DNA of 64,000 nt, from positions 1,280,001 through 1,344,000 of the forward strand of contig CAVVHE010000004.1 in NCBI GenBank assembly GCA_963748015.1. Reading direction: 5' to 3'. Positions 21,340 through 31,121 of the stretch are shown piece after piece. The stretch is from Terriglobia bacterium (lineage in GTDB: Bacteria; Acidobacteriota; Polarisedimenticolia; Polarisedimenticolales; JAIQFR01). The position numbers and the translations under genes were made by a program. The notes below the pieces were generated by a model that saw nothing but the letters and a program-made list of their open reading frames with translations, was not told the origin of the DNA and made no database searches. Position 1 is the stretch's first letter; each line of letters begins with the position of its first letter.

Positions 21340-23436
21340 TGCCGAACAGCGTCGCGGGCGCGATGGGAGACGGCCCCCCGCGGCGCACGGCGTCCAATAG
21401 CGCGGCGACTTCCTCGCCGTGCCCCTTGCCGCCCTCGCGGATGCGGGTGACCTTCCGTCCCTTGTGGATGGCGCAGGTCCGATAGTCCTCGAGCACGGCG
21501 GACGCGCCGCCGGCGTGGACCTCGAGCCGCTCCTTTCCGATCGAAGGGTCGCCCTTCGCCGTGTAGAGGATCTGCCCGACGCTGCCGTCCGCGAACGCCA
21601 GCTGAATCGCCGCGTCCTCCGTCAGGCCGGTGGGACGGCCGGCGCACGCCGCTTGGACGGAGACGATCGCCGCGTCCCGCGTCAGGTACGACATCAGGTC
21701 GATGAAGTGACATCCCTCGCCGATGATCCTGCCCCCGCCGACCTCGGGATCGGTGGTCCAGTGCCCCGGCGGGAGCTGCCCCGCGTTGACCCGGTAGGTC
21801 ATGAGGAGCGGCCCGCGCCCCGAGAGCGCGTCCCGGATCGCGAGCGCCATCGGCGAGAAACGGCGGTTGAAACCGACGAGGAGCACGCCCGGGGAAGCCG
21901 CCGCGGCCTCCTCGACCTCGCGAAGCTGCTCCTCGGTCAGGGCGAGCGGCTTCTCGACGAACACGTTCTTGCCCGCCCGCAGCCCTCTCACGACCATCGG
22001 CGCGTGCTGGTCGTGACGGGTGACGACGCACAGGAGGTGAATTCCGGTATCCGCGAGCGCCTCCTCGACGTCGGTCCCGATCGCCTCGAAGCCGAACTTC
22101 CGCTGCGCGTCGTAGGCCGTCAGGCCCACGGCGTCCACCACGCGGCGCAGATTCACGCCGGAGCGCCCCTTGAAGGCGGGGAGCAGGACGGAGCGAGCGA
22201 ACGCTCCCGCGCCGATGAACCCCACGCCGATGTCTCCCGCGATCGGGCCGCCGGGGGCCGGGCGGGTCGACACGGCCGGCGTGGGACGCGCCGCCGGCGC
22301 CGAGGGCCGCTCCGCGTACTCGATGACCATCCCCAGCGGACGGGGCCCGCCCTGCGAGACGAGCTGGTCGTAGGCCCCCGGGGCGTCATCGAGCGAATAG
22401 CGGTGCGTGATGACCGATGCCAGCTCGACCTGCCCCGTGGAGAGGCACTGCAGGAACGCCTCGAGGTTCCGTGTCTCCGTCCAGCGGACGTAGCCGGCCG
22501 GGTAGTCGATCCCCTTCTCCTCGAAGTTCGCGTCGTACCGCCCCGGGCCGTACGAGCGCGCGATGCGCAGGTCGATCTCCTTCGCGTACGCGATCTCCCG
22601 CGGCAGACCGAACGGCACGAGCCCGACGGCGACGACCCGTCCGCGCTCGCGGCACATGCCGGCGGCCGCCACCATCGGCGCGTCGGAAGGGCTCGCGGCG
22701 GTCACGATCGCGCCGTCCACGCCGAACCCGTCGGTCCAGGCGAGGGCCATCTGGACCTGGTCGTCGGTCGAGCCGACCGCCGCGATCTCGGCGCCGAGAG
22801 CCTTGGCCCTCTCGACGAGATCGGGCGCGAGGTCGAACCCGGCCACCCGCGCGCCGTTCGCGCGGAGGAGCTGCACCGACATCAGGCCGAGGATGCCGAG
22901 GCCGATGACGCCGAACTTCTCGCCGAGCGTGGGATCGAGCTGCCGGACGCCGTGCAGCGCGATGGCGCCTAGCGTGGCGAACGCGGCCACGTCGAACGGG
23001 ACGCCGTCGGGAATCCGGGCGGCGAGGTTCACCGGGACGCAGATCACCTCGGCATGGCTCGCGATCCCCGCTCCCGCGCAGGCCACGCGGTCGCCCACCT
23101 TGAAGTAGTCGCCGGCCCCCGGGCCGACCGCGAGCACAACGCCGGCCGAGGAGTAGCCGAGAGCCTGAGGCTCCGAGAGCTTCGTCTGGACCTTGCGGTA
23201 GGCGGCGAGGAGCCCCTCGCGCTTCACGCTGTCCATGACCTTGCGGACCAGGTCGGGCCGGTTCCGCGCGGTCTTGAGGTAGGAGCTGCGCGCGGTCTGT
23301 ACCGCCGCCCGCTCGGTGCCCGGCGAGATGACCGACCGCACGTTGCGGACCAGCAGCGTGCCCGGCCTCAGCGCGGGCTCGGGGAGTCGACGACCTGGAT
23401 CGTGCCTGCCTTGGGGTCCTGAAAGAGCTGTCTCAT
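21281..23436 (-). CDS. Bi-domain oxidoreductase (MDR alcohol-dehydrogenase-like + Gfo/Idh/MocA), frameshifted at 23381-23384
   Basis: ATG 23436 MRQLFQDPKAGTIQVVDSP joins PEPALRPG...ISPGTE on adding one base; SYGPGRYD, RWTE.RN, VEKP, GFNRRF, GEGCHFID. Confidence 0.85.
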
Positions 23437-23637
23437 AGGGCCGGAAGGATAGCATCGGGGCGGGGCGTTCGTCCCGGATCCTGTCGCTACCAGGCGAGAT
23501 AGGGTCTCGTCCTCGAATCGGTCCTCGAGGCGGGCAGGCCTATTGCGCGGCGCAGAGTCGCCGCACGACCTGGGACGAGTCCATCGGGGAGAGAACACGC
23601 CGCGCCTTGGCTCGGATCGCCCGGGAACGCCAGCCCG

Positions 23638-25077
23638 TCAGAACTGGAAGTAGATGAACGGCGCCTCGGCGAGAGGCCAAAGGAGGACGAGAAGCAGCCC
23701 CGCGAGCGCGGAGGCGGCGAGCGCGACCGATAGGGGGGCGGTCGCCAGGCGGCGGTCCAGGTCTCCCGTGAAGTGCGAGAGCGCGTGCAACCCGAGGAAG
23801 CCGGCAAGGATCATGACGGTCGAGAAGAGCGAGACCTGCCCGAGCCCGATGCTCGCGAGGCTGAAGTTGAAGTCGAAGACGAGGAACTTCCTCAGCGCGA
23901 GCAGCATTGCGTCCGTGTCCGTGACCCGGAACGCGATCCAGGTCACGAGGATCCACCCCTGCATCAGCGCCCAGGCCGCGAAGCGGTAGGGGCGTTTCGA
24001 CTTCATGCGCCGCTTGATGCCGAGCCGCGGCGACAGCTCCTCCCACCCTCGGTAGACGATCAGGGCCGCGCCGTGGAGCCCGCCCCACAGGACGAAGCTC
24101 CAGCTCGCGCCGTGCCAGAGGCCGGTCGCGAGAAACGTGAGCGCGACGTTTCGCATCCAGTGCCATGCCGCCCCGTAAGGCCCTCCCAGCGGGAAGAACA
24201 CGTAGTCGCGGAACCAGTACGACAGCGAGATGTGCCAGCGCCGCCAGAACTCCGAGGGGCTCTTCGCGAAGTACGGCCGGCGGAAGTTCTCGGGCAGGTC
24301 GTAGCCGAGCAGCCGGGCGACCCCGATCGCCATGTCCGTGTACCCCGAGAAGTCGCAGTAGATCTGCACGTAGTAGGCGATCGCCGCGATCCAGACCGTG
24401 ACGCTGGTCCACATCGCCGGCTGGCCGAAGATCGCGTCCGCGAGGACCGCCACGTTGTCCGCGACGACGACCTTCTTCGCCAGCCCCCGCAGGATCAGGA
24501 AGTACGCCTGCCGGTCCACGCGGAGGGGGCGCTCCTCCGCGAATTGCGGCAGTAGCCCCGACGCGCGGGAAATCGGGCCGCAGACGATCTGAGGGAAGAA
24601 CGAGACGAAGAGGGCGAAGTCGAGCGGCGACCGGCAGGCCTTCTGGTTCCCGCGGTAAACGTCGATGCTGTAGCCGATCGCCTGGAACGTGAAGAACGAG
24701 ATGCCGATCGGGAGCGCGATGTCGAGGCGCGCCCAGCCGGGATCGCGCCCGGCGGCGGCGAGCACTCCCTTGGCGGTGGACGCCAGGAAGTTCGCGTACT
24801 TGAAGAACGCGAGGAGACCGAGGCTCAGGAGCAGCCCCGCGGCGAGTATCGCGCGGCGGGCGGTCCGCGTCCGCGCCGCCTCCACGCGAATCCCAACGAC
24901 GTAGTGCAACCCGGCGGTGAAGGCGAGCAGGAGAAGGAACTCCGGCCGCCAGCTCATGTAGAACGCGGCGCTCGCGGCCAGCAGCAGCGACTTTCGCGTC
25001 CGGTTGCCGCGAAAGACCGCCATCGCTCCGAGGAGCGTCGCGAGGAGGGCGGCGAACTTCAGGGAGTAGAACAGCAC
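23638..25077 (-). CDS. MBOAT-family O-acyltransferase (AlgI/PatA/DltB-like)
   Basis: LPIGISFFTFQ, SFFPQIVCGPI, DFSGYTDMA, ENF..PY, FWRRWHISLS, GLWHGA. Confidence 0.95.
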   Translation of the reverse strand: MLFYSLKFAALLATLLGAMAVFRGNRTRKSLLLAASAAFYMSWRPEFLLLLAFTAGLHYVVGIRVEAARTRTARRAILAAGLLLSLGLLAFFKYANFLASTAKGVLAAAGRDPGWARLDIALPIGISFFTFQAIGYSIDVYRGNQKACRSPLDFALFVSFFPQIVCGPISRASGLLPQFAEERPLRVDRQAYFLILRGLAKKVVVADNVAVLADAIFGQPAMWTSVTVWIAAIAYYVQIYCDFSGYTDMAIGVARLLGYDLPENFRRPYFAKSPSEFWRRWHISLSYWFRDYVFFPLGGPYGAAWHWMRNVALTFLATGLWHGASWSFVLWGGLHGAALIVYRGWEELSPRLGIKRRMKSKRPYRFAAWALMQGWILVTWIAFRVTDTDAMLLALRKFLVFDFNFSLASIGLGQVSLFSTVMILAGFLGLHALSHFTGDLDRRLATAPLSVALAASALAGLLLVLLWPLAEAPFIYFQF

Positions 25078-25086
25078 GGAGCCGCC

Positions 25087-26160
25087 TCAGCGCCGCGCGG
25101 CCGAGAGCCGCGTCGCCACCGACCGGGTGAGGACCGCGGCACCGCTCGCCCGGAGGTGGAGGTGATCGACGAAGTCCTCCTCCCCCAGGAGGTCGTGGAG
25201 GTCGAGGAAAGGCGCGCCGGTCTCCCGCTCGAGCGCCGGGAGCTCCGCCCGCAGCTCCTCGTAGAACGCCGGGGCCGCCAGCGCGCGGACCCTCGGGTGC
25301 TCGGGCATGACGACGACGGTCAGCTTCCGGCCGCGCCGTGCGGCCGCGCGGCCGATGGCGGCCAGCACCGACCTCGTCGCCGGAGTCGTCCGGAACGCCG
25401 GCCGCGCCTCGTGGAAGGCCAGCATCTGGCGGTCGAGAGCCTCCGCGGAAACCGGATCCGCGTAGGGCTGCGGGTAGTAGAGGTCGTTCATGGCCGTGCC
25501 GAATTCGAGGTCCCTTCGCAGCCGGCGCCGGACCCAGGTATCGAACCCGGCGCGGACGATCCATCGGCCGTCGAGCCGCATGCGCAGATCGCCCCGCCGG
25601 ATCTGCGCGAGGAACCGTTCGTCGCCGATCTCCTCCGCGGCCCGCCGGGCGTCTTCTCCAGGCCGGTACCCGTACATGTAGTAGGCGACGTACTTGTTGT
25701 CGGGGAGCTCCGGAGCCTCCTGGCGCAGCATGTCCGGAAGGATGCCCAGCACGACCGTCGCCGTCGTCTCCGGGAGGCGATCCTCGAGGAGCAGGCTCTC
25801 GTAGAGCGTCTGCCCGGTGCTCGCGAGATTCCAGACGACCGGCCGGCCGGGAAGCTCTCCCGCCATTCTCTTCCCATCGAACGCCGACATCGAGACGCTG
25901 TCGCCGAGGACGGCGACCTCGGGCTTCTCGCCTTCCGTCCTGCCCAGCGCGGCGAGGAGCGTGGCGGCGCGCTCCATGTCGTTCGGGGCCGAACGGAAAA
26001 TCGCGGGAAGCGCCAGGATCCCCGCGGCGGCGCCGATCAGCGCGGCGACGGTCAAGGCAAGCACGCGAAGCGCCGCGGCGGGCTGCCCTTCCGGGACCTC
26101 CGGAGAAGCCGCGGCGCGGCCGGCCGCTCCCGCGGGCCCCTTTCCGCCGCGCTCGCTCAC
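25087..26160 (-). CDS. Membrane-anchored SGNH-like protein (AlgJ/DltD-like MBOAT partner)
   Basis: TM anchor, LGDSV block-I motif, C-terminal FVDHLHL..SGA (DxxH); directly upstream of MBOAT. Confidence 0.72.
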   Translation of the reverse strand: MSERGGKGPAGAAGRAAASPEVPEGQPAAALRVLALTVAALIGAAAGILALPAIFRSAPNDMERAATLLAALGRTEGEKPEVAVLGDSVSMSAFDGKRMAGELPGRPVVWNLASTGQTLYESLLLEDRLPETTATVVLGILPDMLRQEAPELPDNKYVAYYMYGYRPGEDARRAAEEIGDERFLAQIRRGDLRMRLDGRWIVRAGFDTWVRRRLRRDLEFGTAMNDLYYPQPYADPVSAEALDRQMLAFHEARPAFRTTPATRSVLAAIGRAAARRGRKLTVVVMPEHPRVRALAAPAFYEELRAELPALERETGAPFLDLHDLLGEEDFVDHLHLRASGAAVLTRSVATRLSAARR

Positions 26161-27011
26161 GAACCCTCGCTTCCGGCCGCGGCCATGCTCTCGATCCCGG
26201 CGCGCAGGAACCCCGCAGCTCCCGCGACCGCCTCCTCCACGCTCCGGACCACCCCCCCGTGGTGGATCCAGCGCGCCCCGGCCATTCCCGCCCCCTTGTT
26301 CGACACGCACGCCACGGCCGCGACGCGGAGGCCGAGGTAGCGGGCCGCGATCGCCTCGGGAACCGTGCTCATCGAGACGAGATCGGCGCCGAGGCCTCGC
26401 ACCATGCGCACCTCGGCGGGGGTCTCGTAGCACGGGCCCGCCAGGGCCGCGAGCACCCCGTCGCGCATCCGGACCTCCCCCGCGCGCGCCGCCTCGTGCC
26501 ACGCGAGGCGAAACGCCGGATCGTAGGCTTCCTGGAGATCGAGGAACGGCGGGTCCCGCCTCTCGGGCGGAATCACCCGCAGGGGATCGGCCCCGGCGAG
26601 GTTGATGTGGTCCGTGACGACCGCGAAGTCGCCCGGGACGTCCGCGTCATCGAGCCCTCCCGCCGCGCAGGTCAGGAGGACCGAGCGCACTCCCGCCGCG
26701 GCGAGCACCGCGACCGGGAAAGCGACCCGGGCCGCGTCGTGCCCCTCGTACAGGTGGAGCCGGCCGGCGAAGAGCCAGACGTTTCCCGAGGCCACCCTCG
26801 CGGCCGCCGCGCCGCCGCCGTGCCCCTCGACGCGGCATTCCGGGCAGCCCGGGATCTCGGAGGACGAAACGCGTTCCCCCGCCCCGAGCGCGCCCGCGAG
26901 AGGAGCGAAGCCGGACCCGAGCACGACCCCGAGGTCGGGGCGCCCGAGCCGCCCCTCGAGAAACGCCGCGGCGCGCGGGACCTCGTCGCCGAAATGGGAC
27001 GGGACGCTCAT
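26157..27011 (-). CDS. Purine-nucleoside phosphorylase (trimeric PunA/XapA family)
   Basis: VVLGSG, GRLHLYEG, DHIN, GPCYETPAE, MSTVPE. Confidence 0.9.
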   Translation of the reverse strand: MSVPSHFGDEVPRAAAFLEGRLGRPDLGVVLGSGFAPLAGALGAGERVSSSEIPGCPECRVEGHGGGAAAARVASGNVWLFAGRLHLYEGHDAARVAFPVAVLAAAGVRSVLLTCAAGGLDDADVPGDFAVVTDHINLAGADPLRVIPPERRDPPFLDLQEAYDPAFRLAWHEAARAGEVRMRDGVLAALAGPCYETPAEVRMVRGLGADLVSMSTVPEAIAARYLGLRVAAVACVSNKGAGMAGARWIHHGGVVRSVEEAVAGAAGFLRAGIESMAAAGSEGS

Positions 27012-30000
27012 TTGAACAGCTTCAGGACCGTGAACAGGAACTCCTGCTTCCCCTCGAGCCCCGGGATGTCGGACTGCATCGCGCGGCCGTAGCTCCCGAC
27101 GATCACGGTCTGCCACGGCCCGATGACGTTCGCCGAGAGCCCGGCCCCGGCGAAATCCTGGTAGCCGGCCGTCGAGCTGCGATCGAGCGAGCGCGCGCGG
27201 GAGAGGTTCAAGTCGAAGCGGATCGCCCCGAACAGGTTGAACGAGTATCCCGTCCGGGCGATGAACGCGCGGTCGAAGCGCACGCCGCTCCCGGAGAAGC
27301 CGTCGAGCCGCATCTGCCCGAAGAGGCTGAACATGTAGCGGCTGTACCGGTCGAGGTCGCGCCCGTCGAGATAGTCCACCTCGGCCCGGACCTTCTGGAA
27401 CTTCGGGAGGAACCACTCCTTGGTGGCCGTGAGGCCCCACGTCGGGAAGCTCGACGACAGCGGCTCGGGGTCCACGAACTCCCCGGTCGCGTTGTCCTTC
27501 ATCCCCCATGCCTCCCACCTGGATCGGCGCGCAAAAGCCCCCGACACGGCCACCCCGTAGCCCCGACGGTTGAACTCCGCCTGGAGGGAGCCCTCGGTCA
27601 GGACGTGGTTCGCGGGAAGCACGTACATGAGATCGGTCCCGTTCGCCTCGTTCTCCGCGGCCAGGGCGCCTTCGGCCTCCGAGTTCCCGAAGTACTGGTT
27701 GACGTAGATGCTGGCGGCGACCGTGAGCTTGAAGAAGCTCGCCGCGGGAAGGCCGAGGCGGACCGAGGCGTACTGTCCCCGGGTGTCCACGCGCTCCGTC
27801 AGGACCTCCGTGTCGCCGGCGTACAGCCGGTCCTCGCTCTTGATCGCCATGCCGAACGCCTCGCCCGCGAGGTCCATCTTCTTCCCGAACAGGGCGGGCT
27901 GCGTCACGTTCACGAAGGCGACCACTCCCGCGTACATCACCTCGAGTTGCGTGTTGTCGTGGAAGAGGTCGTAGTCGAAGTAATTGAACCCGGCAAGCGG
28001 CACCGCGGAGGAGCGGCCGCTCTCCTTGAAGGCCCCGGCCGCGGCGAACCACTTGTGCGTGACCAGGTCTTCCTTGACCTTCCGGGTCCCGTCCTCCTGC
28101 CGGTCGAGGTAGCGAAACCCCTTCTCGGTGTCTCGGAGCATCAGGTTCCTGGAGGCGTACGCGGCCTTGCGCGCCTCCTCGAACGCGGGCCGGGACGGGT
28201 TCAGCTCGAACGTCGCGAAATCCACCTCGCGGTTCACCACGAAGTTGCGCCCGGCGATGGTCCAGAGCTGCTGGCCGTCGATTCGCGAGAGCATCCAGTA
28301 GGTCTCGCCGTCCGGTCCCGTGACCGGCTTGTAGAGGTCCACCTCCTCGTTGGAGACGACCGGTGGCTCGAGGTTGGTCTGGACCAGGGACGACTTGAGG
28401 CGGACGAACGTCTCCTTGTCCACCCAGAGGCGACCGCGATAGAGGCTCGTCTTGACGTCCGGATTCCCGGGATCGAACTCCAGGACGTACGCCTCCCGGC
28501 CGCCCACGGTGTCCTCCCCGCGCAGGCGGTAGAGGTAAGTCTTGTCGAGCGTCAGATCCAGGGGGAGCGTGACGACCTTCTCCGGCTGGATCAGGGGGAT
28601 CTCCGGGATGGTCTTCCAGGTGACCTTGTTGCCGTTCACGTAGTACGTCGCCTGCTCCCACTCGAGCTCGCTGCCGCGCTCCCAGAAGAAGGTGCTGTCG
28701 ATCCCGACGTCCACCGCGGTCCCCATCTGCGCGACCTTGAAGTGGAAGTTGATCCGCGCCGGCGCCTTCCACCGGTCGAGACGGTCGTCCTGGACCTTCT
28801 GCACTGCCTGGTAGCGCGCGATGATCTCCTCGGCGGTGAGCCCCCGCGTGCTCTCGACCTGCAGCTGTTCGGTCGCCAGCTCCATCCCCTCCGGCAGCGG
28901 CGATCTGCGGAAGGAGAGCAGCATCGGATGCGCCGCGAAGACCACGCGGATCGCCTTCTCGCCGGGTCGCCCCGGCACCTTCGACGGCACCGTGACGAGG
29001 CTGCCTCCGGTCAGGGGATCCAGGACCTTGGCGTCGCGAACGTCGGGCGCGTCCACGACCAGCCACCCCTGGCTGCCCGCCAGAGCGCCTCCCGGAGCGT
29101 CGTAGAGGATCGCGGTCGGAAGATCCTTCTCGGCGTCGTTCAGGAACCGGCCTAGCGCGCGCGCGCCGGGAAGGGGCACCTGGTGGTCGTCGAGGAACCG
29201 GATCTGTCCTCTACCGGCGGCCGCGTAGCCCGAGAGATACCGGTGAAGCCCGAAGAGGATCTCCGCGTCCCGCCGGACCTGTTCGGGCTCGCCCTGCACG
29301 CGGGCCAGGGCGACCGCCGCGGGAGTCGGCGCCGAGACCGCCTCGATCGCCGCCGCCACCGCCTCGGAGCCCGAAGCTCCCTCCGCCGGCTCGGCGGCAT
29401 ACGCCCAGAAGGCCGGCGCCGGCGGGTTCCGCACCGCTTCCCGGAAGACGGCCCCGAGATCCGACCCGACCTCGCCCGGGTCGGCGGACAGGCGAACCGG
29501 AAGGACGTCGATGTAGGCCGCGGCGTCCTGCTGCCAGAGGCTTTTCTGCCATTCGAGATCCGAAGCGGCGATGGCGCCCTCCGCGACGAGCGCCGACGCG
29601 CCGGCCAGGCGGGCCTCCGCACGCACCGCGAGCGCCGAGGACTTCAGGACGAACGCGTACACCGTGGGATCGAACGCGGGGCCGTCGCGCGACGGGATCG
29701 GCCGCGCCGGGCCGTCCCAGATCTCGAACACCTCGACGCGCCCCGCGAAGCTCCGGACGGCGCTCCTCACGAAACCGGTCCACGCCTGTAGCGACTCGCC
29801 GCTCAAGGGGGACGGCGCGCTCCCGTCGGGAAGGTAGAGCGGGTTGGAGCCGGTCAGGCAGACGGCGACGAGGAACCCGGCCTCCGAGAGCCTCGAGACC
29901 GCCGGCTCGAGGCGCGACCAGTCGTAGACCCCCTTCTCTCTCTCGACGTCGCTCCACGGCGCGACCAGCCGCGCCGCCAGCGGGCGGTCGGCGGAGACGG

Positions 30001-30160
30001 GAGCGGGCAGCGCCGCTGCGGTCGCCGCGTCGAGCATCACCCCGAGCGTCGGTCCTTTCGCCGGCGCCGGGGCTGTCTCCGCCACCGCGACCGGCGCCGT
30101 GACGCCGAGCGCGATACAACCCGCCAGCGCGGCCCGCCTTGCGAGCGACGCACGCCTCAT
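27008..30160 (-). CDS. 1050-aa secreted multidomain protein: GH-A-like TIM barrel + LolA/RseB-like domain + predicted C-terminal OM beta-barrel
   Basis: Signal peptide; PWSDVEREKGVYDWS..FEIWDGP; YRLRGEDTVGGREAYVLEFDP..GRLWVDKETF; amphipathic beta-strands to the C-terminus. Confidence 0.7.
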   Translation of the reverse strand: MRRASLARRAALAGCIALGVTAPVAVAETAPAPAKGPTLGVMLDAATAAALPAPVSADRPLAARLVAPWSDVEREKGVYDWSRLEPAVSRLSEAGFLVAVCLTGSNPLYLPDGSAPSPLSGESLQAWTGFVRSAVRSFAGRVEVFEIWDGPARPIPSRDGPAFDPTVYAFVLKSSALAVRAEARLAGASALVAEGAIAASDLEWQKSLWQQDAAAYIDVLPVRLSADPGEVGSDLGAVFREAVRNPPAPAFWAYAAEPAEGASGSEAVAAAIEAVSAPTPAAVALARVQGEPEQVRRDAEILFGLHRYLSGYAAAGRGQIRFLDDHQVPLPGARALGRFLNDAEKDLPTAILYDAPGGALAGSQGWLVVDAPDVRDAKVLDPLTGGSLVTVPSKVPGRPGEKAIRVVFAAHPMLLSFRRSPLPEGMELATEQLQVESTRGLTAEEIIARYQAVQKVQDDRLDRWKAPARINFHFKVAQMGTAVDVGIDSTFFWERGSELEWEQATYYVNGNKVTWKTIPEIPLIQPEKVVTLPLDLTLDKTYLYRLRGEDTVGGREAYVLEFDPGNPDVKTSLYRGRLWVDKETFVRLKSSLVQTNLEPPVVSNEEVDLYKPVTGPDGETYWMLSRIDGQQLWTIAGRNFVVNREVDFATFELNPSRPAFEEARKAAYASRNLMLRDTEKGFRYLDRQEDGTRKVKEDLVTHKWFAAAGAFKESGRSSAVPLAGFNYFDYDLFHDNTQLEVMYAGVVAFVNVTQPALFGKKMDLAGEAFGMAIKSEDRLYAGDTEVLTERVDTRGQYASVRLGLPAASFFKLTVAASIYVNQYFGNSEAEGALAAENEANGTDLMYVLPANHVLTEGSLQAEFNRRGYGVAVSGAFARRSRWEAWGMKDNATGEFVDPEPLSSSFPTWGLTATKEWFLPKFQKVRAEVDYLDGRDLDRYSRYMFSLFGQMRLDGFSGSGVRFDRAFIARTGYSFNLFGAIRFDLNLSRARSLDRSSTAGYQDFAGAGLSANVIGPWQTVIVGSYGRAMQSDIPGLEGKQEFLFTVLKLFK

Positions 30161-30204
30161 CGGCCTCCCTCCTCGCCCGCGCCCCCGGCGGCGGGTTGCA
30201 GGGG

Positions 30205-30233
30205 ATTCTTCGCCAGCGGAAGGGCGGTGTCAA
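30205..30233 (-). promoter_or_regulatory. Sigma70-type promoter for the 1050-aa protein operon
   Basis: TTGACA-N17-AAGAAT on minus strand ~45 nt upstream of ATG 30160; GGAGG SD before start. Confidence 0.55.
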
Positions 30234-30304
30234 ACCGCCTTCCCTCTTGACTCCGCGCCCGGTCGTCCCGAGCATGACGGAGAACGGCAACGTAGGAGGC
30301 CCCC

Positions 30305-31114
30305 ATGCCCGCACGTCGCATCGTGACCTTCCTGACCGACTTCGGATCCCACGACACGTTCGTGGGACAGATGAAGGGGGCCGCGCTCGCCGTCTTCGCG
30401 GACCTGCAGTTCGTGGACCTGACCCACGAGGTTCCGCCTCACGACGTGGCCGCCGGTGCCTATCTCCTGTGGACCGGCGCCTTCGCGTTCCCGGCCGGGA
30501 CGATTCACGTCGCGGTGGTGGATCCGGGGGTGGGCACCTCGCGCCGAGGCGTGGCGGTGCGGACGGAGAGCTACACGTTCATCGCCCCCGACAACGGGCT
30601 CCTGACCCGGGTCCTGGCCGAGGAGCCCGCCGGGAGCGCGCACGTGCTCGAGGCCTCGCACTACCAGCGCCCCTCGGTCTCGCCGACCTTCGCGGGGCGA
30701 GACGTCTTCGCGACGGCGGCGGCCTGGATCGCCAGGGGGACCGAGCTGCACCATTTCGGTCCGCCCGCCGGGAGCCTGGTGACGCTGGACCTGGCGCCCC
30801 CGGCGGTCGAGGCCGGAAGGCCTGCCGCCGTGCGCGTGCTCGTGGTGGACCGCTTCGGGAACGCGACCCTCGATCTGCCTCGCCGGCTGCTCGAGCCGCT
30901 CCTCGCGGCGGGCGCGCCCGAGAACAGGATCGTCGTCGAGACGCCGGGGGGGACCGCGTCGGGACCGCTCGGAACCTACGCGGACGGCCAGCCGGGCCGG
31001 CCGTTCGTCCTGTTCAACTCGGCCGGGCACCTCGAGATCGCCCTTCGCGAGGGCCGGGCGTCGGACCTGCTCGGCCTGCGGCCGGGCACCGAGGTGCGGG
31101 TCACGATCGGGTGA
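30305..31114 (+). CDS. SAM hydroxide adenosyltransferase / chlorinase-fluorinase family (DUF62)
   Basis: FLTDFG, DLTH, VVDPGVGTSRR, APDNG, TFAGRDVF, DRFGN, NSAGHLEIA. Confidence 0.92.
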   Translation: MPARRIVTFLTDFGSHDTFVGQMKGAALAVFADLQFVDLTHEVPPHDVAAGAYLLWTGAFAFPAGTIHVAVVDPGVGTSRRGVAVRTESYTFIAPDNGLLTRVLAEEPAGSAHVLEASHYQRPSVSPTFAGRDVFATAAAWIARGTELHHFGPPAGSLVTLDLAPPAVEAGRPAAVRVLVVDRFGNATLDLPRRLLEPLLAAGAPENRIVVETPGGTASGPLGTYADGQPGRPFVLFNSAGHLEIALREGRASDLLGLRPGTEVRVTIG

Positions 31115-31121
31115 ATCTCGG

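Noticed and set aside
30305..31114. Confident fluorinase/chlorinase call
   Set aside because: Retains hydrolase-type VVDPGVG and lacks the FlA/SalL-type Tyr motifs.
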